Assembly (NCBI GenBank): GCA_963575745.1
Contig: CAUYUJ010000159.1
Location: 186,001-250,000 of the forward strand
DNA from: Prorocentrum cordatum
Taxonomy: Eukaryota
Length of the DNA stretch: 64,000 bases
Reading direction: 5' to 3'
The translations under genes and the position numbers were made by a program. Position 1 is the stretch's first letter. Every line of letters begins with the position of its first letter. Shown here piece by piece: positions 11,362-25,079 of the stretch. The notes beneath the pieces were generated by a model that made no database searches, was not told the origin of the DNA, and saw only the letters and a list, made by a program, of their open reading frames with translations.

Positions 11362-14300
11362 CGAGTACTCACTGCGCGTGCACAGAGGCCCGGTCCTCTC
11401 TGCCCGCCTTGCCCGCTGAATCGAAATGCCGCGCGTTCCACAACGCATTTTCGAGGTATTTGGGCGTTGCTTCATGGGGTGGGGGAGCGGCACCTCTCGT
11501 GCCCCCGCTGGGCCCCAAGGAGCCCCTGAGGTGCGCCGCTCATCTATTGAGCGCATGCAAAACGCCCCCCGCCCCCCACATGAGGAGATTTAAACGAATG
11601 GGGTCGTCAAGCGACGCGCGAACTGCAAGCGGACGCAGCTCGACGGTCAGCCAACGACAACGCCGCGCAATTCAATGCGAACGGCGCGCGGCCGCTATGC
11701 TCATTGGCGCTCGAACTTGGCGTTGCCTTGTGCTGGCACGCGGTCAAACCCAAAGTCAGTGTGGATGTTCGCGCACTCGTGCCAGGGCAGAAATCAAGGG
11801 GCGCGTCGGCCCATGCCGGCGCTGGCAAGAGCCTGGGGCCCACCCAGCAAGGGCGCGCATCGAGAAGTTTAGATCCACCTCAAAAAACAAGGTTTGGCAC
11901 CAGGCAAACGACAATTATATAAACTCTGTATAAATTCGATATAAGCTTTTCCGATGCGAGAAGTCTCGCGCGGGAGAGTCCCAACAAGTTTGCATAACCA
12001 GAAAAGTGTGTTCATATAAGCGCCCAAAAAATTAGATTGGAACAGTTGCCTCACGAGAAACGCTCCCGATCTAAAATTTTCCGTCGGCGGGTTACGCGGG
12101 GGCGACGGAAGCGGGGGCGGAAACCTCGGCTGGGCCAGTGGCTCTGCAGTGCGAAGGACAGCGCCGGCGTCGCCTCAACCTGCATGCCGCGGCCGTGGCA
12201 CGCGCGGCCCTGGGAATGCCGGCGCGGGCACGGCCGCGTCGAGTGGGCCCCAAACGTCGCCGCGCGCGCGGCCCCTCCCCGCCGCAGCAGCTGGCAATGG
12301 CCTCGCCGACAGGGCGCCTACACTTACACACATTCGCCATACATGCAAAACGCTGACACGTAAAATCCATAGTTGTTGGGGCTGGGGTCGGTTTCCCACT
12401 GTTCATCTATCGCCCCCCCCATTGCGAGAAGACGGAGGGGCAACTTTAGGGGGGTACCGACTCAGGGGGGGAAGTGTCGACCTCGAATCGGCGACACATC
12501 GTCGATAGATCGGCGGGAGGCCCCGATAGCGCATCCGCGCTCTCCTGGGCGGGGTGGCGATGAATGGGAGATTGGGGGTCGATGCGACCCCCCTGAGCCT
12601 ATATCATCCTCCTTAACGTTGCCCCTGAGATTTGATGGCGCGCGTGGACCCAAACCAAGCTTGTAGGGTGGTGCAGGGTCTCGAGGGTTGCAAGCAGAGG
12701 GGTTCGCGGAGGCCGTCCTGGCGGTTCTCAGCGGCCCTCTCGGGGCACCTCTTGGATGCATGGCGAGTCACGGATCACGGAGCCCAGCTGGAACTCAGCG
12801 TTCAAGCTGTACACACTGGCGTCCGTTGGTGCCAGCCTCTACTAAACAGGAGTGGGTTTCCATTTTAGCTTTCCCTGAGCGAGGTCATCGTTTGTGAGGG
12901 CGTAGGGAAATACCACCAAGAGAGCCCAGAATCGAATCGATTAGTCGGATCGGCGTTCAAAACCCATCGGATCGGCGGAAATCGGCAGCCAAGAAGGCAG
13001 AAGTCGAATCGGCAGACGGGCGCTGAGGACGGGCGCGAAGCAAGGGCCTTGGACGCCGAAGTTGGCACTTTTTGGGCGGCGGACTGCCAACAGCCTGAAG
13101 GGCTGGCCAGTGACAAAACCGCGACGGACGGACCGCAGAGGCAAGGACGCAAGGGCACTAATGGGGGGGGCGATAGGCGGGGGGGGCAGAAAGGTGCTCT
13201 TTGCTTTTCTGGGGCCCTTAAGGGCCCCTTTGGGGGCCCTAAAAGGGCCCGCTTCCTTTTCTGCAGCCCTCGCCGCCTCCCCATCAATCGCCGCCTCATT
13301 ACGCGAAGCCCAAGCAAGGGTACCCTAAGGGCATCCGTGCGTCCTCAGTGTGAGGCCGACCCAGCAGCTGCCGCGCGGGGCCGCGGCTTCTGCTCCCCTC
13401 GCCATATCTGATCCAGGGCACCGGGCCCACGGCCCTCCGCCCCCCAGATGAGACGGGTCTCAGGGCCCCTTCGCCCCCCCCCACCCCCACCCCCAGGGTG
13501 GTGGGGGACGACGACGACGACAAAAGCACCGTCCGTTCCAGCTCCCTGAAGCACCGCAACTCCACACAACACAGAGGGAGGCGACGACGGGGATGATACC
13601 GTCGATGACGATGTTGCGTCTCCTCCCTTCGTCCCCTTCTTCATCCCCCCCTTTCTCGTCCCTTGGCCATCTCTGCCTTACCTTGCTCCCTTCTATCACT
13701 TCCCCTCCCATGTATCCGCCACTCTCTGGAGGCAAAGGCAGAGGACGACGACGATAGCGACGACGCCGACGATGATGGTTTTTCTCAGAGGGCGTAACTA
13801 ACCTCGGAACGTGGACCCCATACCCACCATCGCACGCCCGCAGGGGAAGACCCTGCCACGCCACGCCCACAGGGGGGGGGCATCGCGTGGGGGGAGGGCG
13901 GGGGAGGGGCCCGATGGCATCAGCATGGCGGGGGGGGGGCTGGACCCTGGATCATTTATGGCCAACGGGGCCCTGGCCAAGACGAAACCAGGACGAGGGT
14001 AACACTAGCGAGGGTAAATCGGAGCAGGGAGGAGGAAGGAGCGAGGACGAACATGGGGGGAGGGAAGGAGGAGAGCAAGGGGGATGCCCTCCCTCCCCGC
14101 TCGTTCTGCTGGAGCCGCCCTCCCGCTGGCCTCCTCCTTCCCCTGCCCCTCCCCCCTCCTCCTCCTCCTGCTCCTCCTCGTCCTTCGTCCTCGTACTCGT
14201 CCTCGTCCTCGTCCTCCTCGTCGTCGTCGTCCTCCTCCTCCTCCAAGACAAAGCCATGACGAGCATGAACCTCGGGAGAGGATAGGTCGAGCATCTCTGA

Positions 14301-17300
14301 GCTCTGGCAGCTCTGGAGGACGCCTCGGGCACCGCGGCACCGCGGCCTTCTCTCAGAGCGCCTCGGAGAACGCTCCAGAACGGACTCGACTCCTCGTCCC
14401 GGCCCCGCCCGACGGGTGGAGACGGGCCCCAGACCCCGGGCCGCCCCCCCAGCGCCAGCCTCTCCCCCCTCCCTCCGAGCGCTCCTGCGGACCCCCCAGG
14501 GGAGCGGCGAGCCTGGGGAGCCCCAGGGAGAGCCGAGCAACGCCAGAGAGCCACCCCCCCCTCCCTCGGAGCCCCCCCCCCTCCCTCGCGCCAGCTCCTC
14601 GCCTCGGGGAAATCCTGGCCCGACCTCTCCGGGGGTGCGCCTCGAGGGCGAGATGCCGGCGACAGGGAAGCACAAGAATTGTGTAAACACAATGTCTCGG
14701 AGGCCCGCGCAGACTTCTTGCATCGGCGCTGGCGCGCCATGGCGGGGGCCCAGTTCCGATCCGCGCGCGGGCCCGAGAAACTGTGTTCGTGCAATCTTTC
14801 GTTATTTGGGGACGAGGGCCCCTCGGGATTCGACTGGCCCGGGTCAATGCGAACCTGAGTCAGTCGGACTTTACAGGATCCTGCATGATCCTGCAGGGTC
14901 CTGCGCCCGGGTCAATGCAACCCTGGCTTTGCAGGTTCCTGCCAAATCCGGCGCTCTGGCTGACCCCTGTTTGCAGCGACTTCCGTTTCAAGGATCCAGA
15001 GCCCCGGCGACGCGGAGTCGCCGGGGGCCCAAACGACGGACCAGACACTGTGCACCCCATGCCCCTCGCTGCCCCGCGAGCCTTGGGCGCAAGCTCACGC
15101 CACGCTGCGGACGAGCCTGCGCGGCCGCGGACACCCCCCCTCTCTTTGCTGGGGCGGAGAAGAGGTAATGTAGCGAAGGGCGGCGTGTAGGATCACCTCA
15201 CGCAGCTGGTTCTTCTGGCGCCTCTTGGCACTGGGAGGCGCCCATGAATCGAGGAATGGGCCCGGCGGCGAGGCGGAAACAAGCTGCACGCAGCAGCTTT
15301 CGTAGCAATCCTCCAATTGACTGCCATACCCTTTCGTCCCGCCCGATCTTCCCTGATCCTGCACCGATCACCGTCAGGGGCGCGCCGAGATGGGCGGCGC
15401 TCACTGGCCTCTCTCCTGATGGCCCTCAAGGCCCAGGTCAACCCGTATATTTAGGACGCACGACAAGGATGCAAGGGCCTCGGAAGGCCATGTCGACACT
15501 TTGCGAGCGGGGCGCGGCCAGCGAAAGCGGCCAAGGATGGGCCGAAGGGGAACCTTGGAACGTTGCTCATCCTTACAATGTGGGGCTACTTGCGCAGGGT
15601 GCCTGTCTGGTGGGCTCCCTGCTGTCCCAGCGGGGCCAGAACCCACCCCAAGAGAGGCCGGCAATCCGTGGAGCAGTGGGCGCCCGTTTGCTCCCGAGGG
15701 GGGGGGGCAAAAAGGGTGCGATCCGCCCGGCAATTTCGAGGAGAGTCGAGCAGTGGTGACGAGAGCCTCCCAGGCGGCCCCAAAAGACACCGACGCCGCT
15801 GTTCGTCGCACCTCTCCCAGGGTGCGCTCTGACCAGCAAGCTCGAGGAGTCGAGCGGTGGTGACGAGGGCCTCACAAGAGGCTCCCAAAAGACGAAACCA
15901 CGAGGCAAGGGCCGCGGCAGCGGTACCTGTTCCCCCCCCCCCAGGGGGGATAGGGACGAGGCTCCTCGCTCCCGCTCCGCTTGCCTGCCCCCTATCCCCC
16001 CCCGCTGAAGCGGTTTCTTTTCCCCCCTCCCCCCCAGGGGGGGGAGGGGAGAGGGGCAAAGGCTCCTCAAAGGCGCCTAACTTCGCGCTCTCGCACTGCG
16101 CGAAGAACGAAGAACGTCGCGCCGTCTAGGGCGCCACCCAAGGGAGAAGGGAGGATGAGGAGGAATCGGAGCAAACCGCGAAACGCGAAAAACTTCGCGC
16201 CCTCGCGCCGCCACCCAGAGTAGAACAGGAGGGCGAGACCCCACGAGACCTCAGCGCGTGGTCAGTCGCCGAACGGTTTTGAACCCTGGAGGTCCCCATC
16301 GCCCGCGACATCTTCGGTAAACGGCCCGGGTCCCAGAACCGCGCGGTCACCCGAATCCCCACCGACCCACGACACGGTGTGATCACCACACCGTTTGCGA
16401 GCCTCCGACCCCTCCCTCCACCCCATCCCTGCCCTGCAGCGGCTGGGAGGGGGTTTGGGCAGGTCACAAGCGGATGATCAAGCCACCATCGGCCGTGCTG
16501 CCTCGCTCGAGGGGGCGTCGCGCAGGCGCGAACATCTGGCGGCAGCTGGCAATCGGCCTGCTGCGGCTGCACGGAAAGGATGAGGAAGAGAAAGAGAAGG
16601 AGCAGGAGGAGCAGGAGGAGGAGAGCGGAGGAGGAGGAAGAGGAGACAGAAGACAGGAGACAGGAGACAGGAGGGACGAGGGGGGAGGAGGAGGAGGAGG
16701 AGGAGGAGGAGGAGGAGGTGGACCATCACAAACGGCAGCAATAGCTCAAAGAGCTGCTGCTGCTGCAGCACGGGAGGCCCTCCGTGCTGTTGCAGCAGCA
16801 GCAGCAGCGGCACATGAGGAGCAAGACGAGACGGAGGACGAGCAGGGCGGGACGGAGGAAGGGCAGGGCCGAGGCAGCCGTCGCCGAGGCCGCGGCCCTT
16901 ACGCCTTCTCCCCCGCCTCCCTCGCTCCTCCACTTTCCACCGCTCCTGCCGCGCCTGCCGCGCCCCCGGCCGTGCTCCCGCGCGCACCGCCACCACCGCC
17001 ACCGACGAGGCCGACTGGCCACCCAGAGGCTTAAGTCGGGCACGTCCCTCTACAGGAAGAATCTTCAAACATAGTAAACAAGTAGACTTGGCCGACTTTT
17101 TCGATTTGTGTTACATACCTATACTTTCTTATTCACGTATTATCTATTTTTAACAAATAAATATGAATCGTCCAGAATCCGCCTGTAGGAGGACATGCTC
17201 GATCTAACCTGAGGCGCCGCCTTCCTCCCCAACCAGGAACCGGGGGTTGCGAAAAGGGTGCCCCTGGCCCAAAGTGGCACCAGCTGGGTGCGCTCTACGT

Positions 17301-18126
17301 CACTGGGGCCCTCTGGGCCTCGCAAGGGGTGTTCTGACGGCCGTGGGGGCCTACATCTAAAGAAGAAACAACGCTACAAACATAAACTTTCGGCGCTCCG
17401 CGAGGACTTCTTGGATCTGCGCTGGACCCCCCTCCCTGGCGCGCGGAGCGCGCCAGGGGCGGCGCCGGAGGCGCCGCCTGAGGGCCCCAGCGCGGATCCA
17501 AGAAATCCGCGCGGAGCGCCAAAAGCTGATGATGCTTATAGCGCTGCTTCTTCTTCTTCTTATTATTATTCTTCTTTTTCTTCTTCTTATTATTTTTCTT
17601 TTTCTTCTTCTTCATCTTCTTCTTCTAAAGGAGGCCTCCACGGCCTCACGGACACCCCTCGCGAGGCCGTGGGGGCCGTGGGAGCGCCACAAACTTCTGC
17701 TTGTGCCGTTCTTTCTTCTTCGAGGGAGGCCGTGGGGGCCTCCGTGGGAATCCTGGGGGCGGGCCAGGGACACGCCTGGCCCGGGAGAGCCCAGAATCGA
17801 GTCGATAAGCCGGATCGGCGATCGAAGTGAATCGGATCGGTGGAAATCGGCAGCACAGTCGGGAACAGTGGAATCGGCGGACATTGGCGGAATAGTAGGC
17901 CTCCAATGAAAAATCGGAAGCCAAATCGATATCCCAAGTCGAATCGAATCGGAATCGGAAGCCATCGAAGTCGAATCGAATCGAATCGGGGGAACCGAAA
18001 CGAGCCCCGCTGGCCCGAAAGAGGTCTGCCTCCTGGCCCCCGGGGCGCTCTCCGACGAGCACCTTCGGGGCCGGCCCCGCCAGGGCGACGACGGCCCCCA
18101 CACGCGGGCCTGGGGCGACGACCCCT

Positions 18127-18188
<62 letters not shown>

Positions 18189-19559
18189 CAGCAGAGGCCA
18201 AGTCACTGAGGGCCGCCGTACAGCGACCGTGCTGCCAGAAGGAACGCCGAATGAGAAACGAAGGGGATGCTCTGGCCACAGCGAGCCTCGGCCGCCAATC
18301 GGTCCCCTGCCCCAGATCGAGCGAGCGGCCCGAAGACCAGAGCCCCGAAATATCCGAAAGTGGTCCTCATTGCAGCGTCTTTTGACTGCAGGTTGCTAGG
18401 GCTCCCAACTTCGCGCTTCGCGCTGCGCGAAGCGCGAAGCGCGAATAACTTCGCGCTCTCGCGCCGCCCCCCCAAAGGGAGAAAAGGAGGACGAGGAGGA
18501 GGGGGAGAAGGATCGAGGACCGCGAAGCGCGAATAACTTCGCGCCCTCGAGGGAGCCCTTGAGGTTGCCAACGGTACACTCGTCGGACCGGGTTTTCGGG
18601 CCATACCTCGGGCCTCCAGCGGCCGTTCGGAACGATCCTGGCACCCTGGGGACACTCTCGGCAGTGCGCAGCTGCCAGACCTGGACCCTCGGGGAAGGAC
18701 CCGTTGCATGAATCTGTGAATCTTCGAGGGTCCGCGCGGGTTTCTTGGATCTGCGCTGGACCCACCCTCCCCAGCGTGCGGAGTACGCTAGTGGCGCCGC
18801 AGGGGGGCCCCGCGCAGATCCAAGAAATCCGTGCGGATCATCGACAGTTCATGGTTGTGCAATTTGTTCTGCTTCGAGGCCCGATCGGCGACTCCGAAAG
18901 GTGTGGTTTGCAAACGGTGCAGTTTGCAACCCGCACCCTGGGGGGCGGGCGAGGACCTCGACGGAGTTCTCCGTCGCGCCCCGAGGAGGCCCGGCGAGGA
19001 CAGCGTGGTGCACCCCAAGCCCCAACGACGCAGACCGCACTCACACCCCAGCGTAACCACACCATTCTCGAGGCGCACGAAAGGGTAGAACAGCAAAGGG
19101 TGGGGTAGAGAATCAGCTCACGTAGCTGGTTTCCCCAGCGCCTCCTGGCGCCGGGAGGCGCCCACGTATCGAGGAATGGGCTCGGCGGTGGGGCCGAAAC
19201 CAGCTGCATGCAACAAATTTCGTACCCCCCCCTATCGAACCGTCTCGTCCGGCCCGATCTTTGTAGGCCGCGACCCGAAACCGAAGCAAACCAGGTGCGC
19301 TCGGGCCAGAACTTCGAGGCGAATCCAGCAGTGGCGTCGGTATCTTTTCCTCCTCTCGCCATCGCTCGGAAGTCCATTACCCGTGCACGTTTCGGTGTCG
19401 CGCGTGTACTGTGAGGTGATCCAGGGTGTTCCTCGGTGGTCCTCGCCCCCAAATGATGCACAGGTCCGAGCGATGCCAAGCCTTAGCACCGCTCGGACGT
19501 GTGCTTTAGCTCGCCATCGCTCGGACGTCCATTCCCTCTGCACGTTTCGATGTCGCGCG

Positions 19560-21100
19560 TGTATTTTTCCCGGAAAGGGCAACGGCCCAGGGTTCTCTTT
19601 TAGTTGGTTTCCCCCCGGTTTTGACGGCTGTAGGGCCGGCGAATTTCTTTTGCGATAAATAACGAGGTCGCGTAGGGCCGGCGAATTAAACATTGAGGAT
19701 GTCTCGAGCGAAACGCTAGTTTGTCAGAATTTGTTGAGGATGTCTCGAGCGAAACGCGTGTTTTGTGTGATATATTGTCTTCTCCTGGGGACCAGAGACC
19801 AGAATTCAGAGGATCTCTGAAGTAAAATGCTTGTTTTCACGTGCCCAGGTCTTGAGGATGTCTCGAGCGAGACGCTTGGTTTCACGCCTCCAGGTGGCCC
19901 AGACAGATGTCTAGCATGAGGATTTGTTGAGGATGTCTCGAACCAGAGGCTTGTTTTCACGTGTCCAGGTCGCCCAGGCGGATGTCTAGCATGAGCATTT
20001 GTTGAGGATGTCTCGAGCGAGACGCTTGTTTGCACGTGTCCAGGTTGCCCAGGCGGATGTCTAGCATGAGGATGTGCTGACAACGTCTTGAGCGAAACGG
20101 GTGTTTTCACGTGTCCAGGTCGCCCAGGCACAGCACAGCCCTCGGCACGGTACATCAATATCGATACCCTTAGCATTGCAGCCTGGCATGTTGCCTGGCA
20201 CGTTCCGCGGAGCGTCCCGTGGCGAGTCCCCCTGGCACGTCCCTCGGCACGTCCATTGGCACGTTCCGTAGCGCGTCCCCTTGGCACGTCCCGCGGTGCG
20301 TGCCCATGGCACGTCCCCTGGCACGTCGCCTGGCGCGTCCCTTGGGACGTTCCGCGGCGCGTCCTCTTGGCATTTTCCCTCTGTCGATTAGTTCTGGGGC
20401 AGCTACCTCTGCTCAGGTAGCTCGAGCTTACGCTCCAGATCAGTTCGGTGAGGACTCGGATGCCAGGGAGGACTCGATCCACAACGCTATATAGAGCACA
20501 ATCGCGGCATGGCACATCGCAGTTCAGCACGGCGTAGCACAGCACAGCCGTCGGCACGGTACATCAAGATCGATACACTCAACTATGCACCTTGGCACGT
20601 TCCTTGGCGCGTTCCGTGGCGAGTCTACCTGGCACGTCGCGCGGCGCGTCCCCTGGCACGTCCCTCGGCACGTCCATTGGCACGTTCCGTAGCGCGTCCC
20701 CTTGGCACGTCCCGCGGTGCGTGCCCATGGCACGTCCCCTGGCACGTCGCCTGGCGTGTCCCTTGGGACGTTCCGCGGCGCGTCCTCCTGGCATGTTCCC
20801 TCTGTCGATTAGTTCTGGGGCAGCTACCATCTGCTCAGGCAGCTCGAGCTTACGCTCCAGATCAGTTCGGTGAGGACTCGGATGCCAGGGAGGACTCGAT
20901 CCACAACGCTATACAGAGCACAATCGCGGCATGGCACATCGCAGTTCAGCACGGCGTAGCACAGCACAGCCCTCGGCACAGTACATCATCATCGATACAT
21001 TCAGCATTGCATGTGCCCGTCGCCCAATCAGGTGTCTGTGAAATGTTGCAATGCATTACATTTCTATATTCCTTTTCCGGGTTCGTGGGTCGATCATGTT
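19560..21100 (-). repeat. Composite non-coding repeat, copy 2
   Basis: Reverse complement of the 1170-2674 modules, including the duplicated ~420-bp unit. Confidence 0.75.
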
Positions 21101-21591
21101 CGCAAGATGATCCAGGATGTTCCGCGATGGTCCTCGCACCCCCCCAAAAAGAAAAACACACGTCCGAGCGATGCCAAGCCATGGCTGACCCCCGTTTGCA
21201 CTGAACCCCGCCTGAGGGGCAACGATACTGGGGACTGGCATAAGGGGGGAACATCGACCTGGAATCGGCGATACATCGCCGAGTTAGATTGGCGATAGGC
21301 CCCCGATGACCAATCCCCACGCTCCTGGGCGAGATGGGGCTATCGGGTCTCTATCGGCGATCAATGGGCGATTGGGGGTCGATGCATCCCCCCTAGTCAT
21401 ATGCCTTTCCCCCCATAACTTTAGAATTCGGATCATAACTCGGGTCCGTTCTGGATGATCCTGGAAGGCCCAGAACGCCCTCGGCGAGGCGCAGCCGCTG
21501 GGAAGCATCCCGCGGCCAGAAAATCGCCAGGAGCCGCCGAAGTCGTCCGAAAACCTCGAACCTCGAACCCGCCTGCCGCTGCCACTGCTAT

Positions 21592-21932
21592 GAGATCATT
21601 TTTTTATTCCGGCCGGTAACGCTCGTTACCCGGGGGGGGGGGGGGGGTCGTGCCCCCCGGGTAACGGTAACGCTTGGGCTGGGCGGGGTATGGCGAAGCA
21701 GGGGCGCTCTGCGATCGCCATAGTATGCGCGCGAGCAGCACTCTCTGCCTGAGAGCACCACAGTGGCTTGCGATTCGAGTACAAGCGCAAAGCCCGCCGC
21801 GTGGTCCCGGCACCACGCCCGCGCCCGCGCGCGCGACGACGATGATCGACGAGCGACGAGCGACGAGGTCGACGACGACGACGACGACGTTTGCCGCCTG
21901 TTTCGGCCTCCGGAGGCCGTTTTCGGGCGCCG

Positions 21933-21993
<61 letters not shown>

Positions 21994-22238
21994 TTCGAGT
22001 ACAAGCGCAAAGCCCGCAAGCACCAGCATCGCGCATGCGAGCGCCGCAATGGCCTGCGAGCGCCCACAGTGCGCCTGCGACCACCACACCACAGTGCGCA
22101 TGCCTTCGGGCACCAGCATGTTGGAGGGGAAGACCGAGACCCCCCCCGCGCACGAGCGTTACCGTTACGGGTGGGGGGGGGTGGGGGGAGAGGCCCGGGT
22201 AACGAGCGTTACCCCCCAGAGGATAAAAAAACAATCTC
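21592..22238. mobile_element. ~650-bp non-autonomous TIR element
   Basis: Long imperfect inverted ends (gagatcatttttttatt...ggtaacgctcgttacccgg / ccgggtaacgagcgttacc...ataaaaaaacaatctc). The interior has (GAC)n and a duplicated cgattcgagtacaagcgcaaagcccgc. Confidence 0.6.
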
Positions 22239-23565
22239 TATCCCCCCCATCTGTCCATGCCGCCCCATCCTTGCCCCTGGACGCCGCAAGGCTCCACATC
22301 GCCGCGGGCCGAGCGCTGCCCCGTAGGCGCGCAGCGCGGCCTCGGCCCGCCGAGGCGCCGGAGGACCAGTCGGCGAAGAAGGGGGCGGGCGCCTCGGCGC
22401 CGGCGCCAGCGGCGCAGCAGGGCAACAGCCGTGCCGCCGGAGCACGCGCGAAGAGCCCGAGGGGGCACCCCTCACCCTTTCCGGAGGGGAGCCCCCTCCT
22501 CCCTCCTCCCTCCTGCCTCCCACCTCCTCCTGCCCCTGCCTCCACCCTCCCCCCTCTCCCTCCAGCGTCCCTCCCACCTCCTCCTTTCTTACGTTAGACT
22601 AACCTTAGCTTGACGCTGTGGCGTTAGTCCTCCTCCTCCTGCTCCTCCTCCTGCTCCTCCGGCTCCTCCTCCTCCTGCTCCGCCTCCTCCTCCTCCTTCT
22701 GCTCCTCCTCCTGCTCCTCCACCTCCTGCTCCTCCTCCTCCTGCTCCTCCTCCTCCTCCTCGTCTTCCTCCTCCTCCTCCTCCTCCTCCTCCTTCCTCCC
22801 CACATCCCTCCATCACCCCTCCGCCGTCCTTCCTCCTCCATCCCCCTCCCGCCGTCCCTCACTCCCTCCCTCCCGCCCTCCCTTGCAGGACCCTGGATAT
22901 TATCGAACACAGCTCCGAAAGCACTCCCCGCCATCGTTTCCTCTTCCTTCTCCCTCTTCCTCCCTTCCTCCTGCCCAACCCGCCCCCTCCCACCCATTTT
23001 TGGACGTACTGGCCTATCCACGACATGAAGCTAGTCGCCGATGTTGGGGGTCGGGGCCGGGTTGGGGGTCGGGGTCGGGTTCACATAAACTACCTCCCAA
23101 TCTGCATGCCACGCACGACTTGCCGGCGCAAACCGTTTATTATCCCCCCGCGGCCGCGAACTTTATTATCCCCCCTGTGATTGTCTGGGGCACGGGCATA
23201 CTGGTTCATCCTTCCCCCTCTCCTCCTCACCCACTTCCGTCACGTGGGGCCTGGCGCGCTGCTTGGCAAAGCCGGCCAGCACTTGGGTTTTTTTCCATCC
23301 GGATCAGCAGAGCACGGCGCGTATGCTGCATCCAACAACCCGATGCCATGCTTGCATTCCTAGAAAAAAAAGGGAACACCATGAACATAAACTTTTGGCA
23401 CTCCGCGCGGATTTCCTGGCTCTGTGCTGGAACCCCCTCCCTGGCGCGCGGAGCGAGGGACGGCGCCGGAGGCGTCGCGGGGGGGGGGCCCAGCGCGGAT
23501 CCAATAAATCCGCGCGGAGCGCCAAAAGTTTATGTTTATGGTTTCTGTTTTCTTCTTCGAATTTC

Positions 23566-23879
23566 CCCAACGACAGTCGTAGCTTTCCCTCCACGAAGTC
23601 CGGCTCGGTGATGACTCGTCGGTGGTCGTCCACGACGAGGCCGTTGAGCTTCGCGCCCGCGGCCTCCACGACCCGCTGTGCCTCCCTCTTCGATTTTGCG
23701 AAGCCCAGCTGCATGTAGAGGTCAATCAATCGTACGCCCACAGCGGCCCTCACACTCGGCAGCTCGTCCGCAGCGCAGTCGCCGCCGCAGAATGCTGCTC
23801 GCGCTGCGGCGTGGATGCCCGGCAGCACGTGGCTTCCGTGGAACCGGCTCGTGGCGCTATCGGCGAGTACCACTTTCGC
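23566..23879 (-). CDS. Tyrosyl-tRNA synthetase (bacterial/organellar type), C-terminal/S4-like exon
   Basis: AKVVLADSATSRFHG...AARAAF...ELP...LIDLYMQLGFAKSKREAQRVVEAAGAKLNG...GKLRLSLGK matches the TyrRS anticodon/S4 region. It follows a CAG acceptor ending at 23880. Confidence 0.8.
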
Positions 23880-24266
23880 CTGGTGAGGGCTGCATTGGTA
23901 AAGCGCGGGGCTGCGCACAGAGAGCCCCCCCCCAAGTAGTCCCGGCTGGCCTTGGCGGGCCCCCCGAGGACAGTGCGAGCGCGGCCGCAAGAAACCCTCG
24001 CAAGAAGCCCAACCCTGAAAACCCGCGCGCGAAGTGCACCGGAGGGGAACCCTGGAGCACTCTGAACGCAGCAGCTCCTTCAACGCCCGCGGGAAGTCGC
24101 CGCGCAGCGCGCGGAGCGAAGAAAATCCCAGGATACCCTGACGAAAAGTATATGATTTCTTGATGCGCGCCCCCACTGTAGTACCAAATGGTCTGCTGAG
24201 GCCAGTTGGAACTGCCGGGGGGGCTGTCTGCGCGCAATCCGAAGCCTTGCCAAGCATCACCTTCGC

Positions 24267-24435
24267 CTGGTGAGGGTTGCGCGAAGCAGTGGCCGCTGCT
24301 TCCAGCTCGTCGATCACCTCCGGCGGCAGTCCCGAGAAAACCCTCAAGTACCGACCCAGGTCGGCGAGGCCGCAGCTGCGCCAGAACTGCCAATACTCGT
24401 AGGGCGATGCGCTCGAAATGCGCTCGTGCTCTAGC
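24267..24435 (-). CDS. Tyrosyl-tRNA synthetase exon (post-KMSKS helical region)
   Basis: LEHERISSASPYEYWQFWRSCGLADLGRYLRVFSGLPPEVIDELE...NPHQ matches the TyrRS 'WL..E.TSPY.FYQFW...D.DV.R.L..F..L..E.I..LE' segment. A putative AG acceptor lies at 24437-24436 and a GC donor at 24266. Confidence 0.75.
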
Positions 24436-25079
24436 CTTTCGAAGTTCAATTCCCGCAAGCAGCCTCGCTGCATCACACCCTGAACCAACGTCCACAACTC
24501 CCTGTTTTTGATGACGAGCACCTTGGGGGATATCGCAGCCCGGAGGGCATACATTATGCGCATCAAGTCGGCAAGCTGTCGGATCCCACCTATGTCAACA
24601 AAAAGAATAGAGACTCCCTGTCCAAGATCTCGAAGTCTCTCCTTCTCCTTCAGCACATCCAAGTTCTCGAAGCGCAAGTCAGGATGCTCCAGCCGAGCGC
24701 GTGTGACCTCCTGCATGGAGATGTCGATCCCGATGACATTTTCGCTGCCGCAGCTGCGAGCGAGGATCGCTGTGCACGCACCTGTGGCGCTACCGACCTC
24801 CATCACGACATCGCCAGTTTCTGGCAACACTCTCGCCATATGTCGAAAGATGTCGGTCTCGGCCGTAATGACGCCAATGTCGCAGCCCATGTCCTCCCTA
24901 GACCGCAACAGTGCAAGCTGCGAAGGCCTTACCTGGCGCAGCTTTGCATCGCTGAGGCGCCTGATTTGAAGGCCGTCTGCCACCTCCGCCTCCACCACAG
25001 AACGCTCTCTGTCGCCCTTCGCGCAAACGAGGTCTCCGACTTGGAATTCATGAGGACTCGGCTCAAGCCTCCACCGCAT
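24436..25079 (-). CDS. Class I SAM-dependent methyltransferase-like domain, intronless (probable retrocopy), in frame with TyrRS exons
   Basis: Motif I VVMEVGSATGACT, then VIGIDIS, FENLDV and LFVDIGG. ATG at 25079, with a degenerate SL relic ccgtgatttggctcgag at 25120-25104. Confidence 0.75.
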
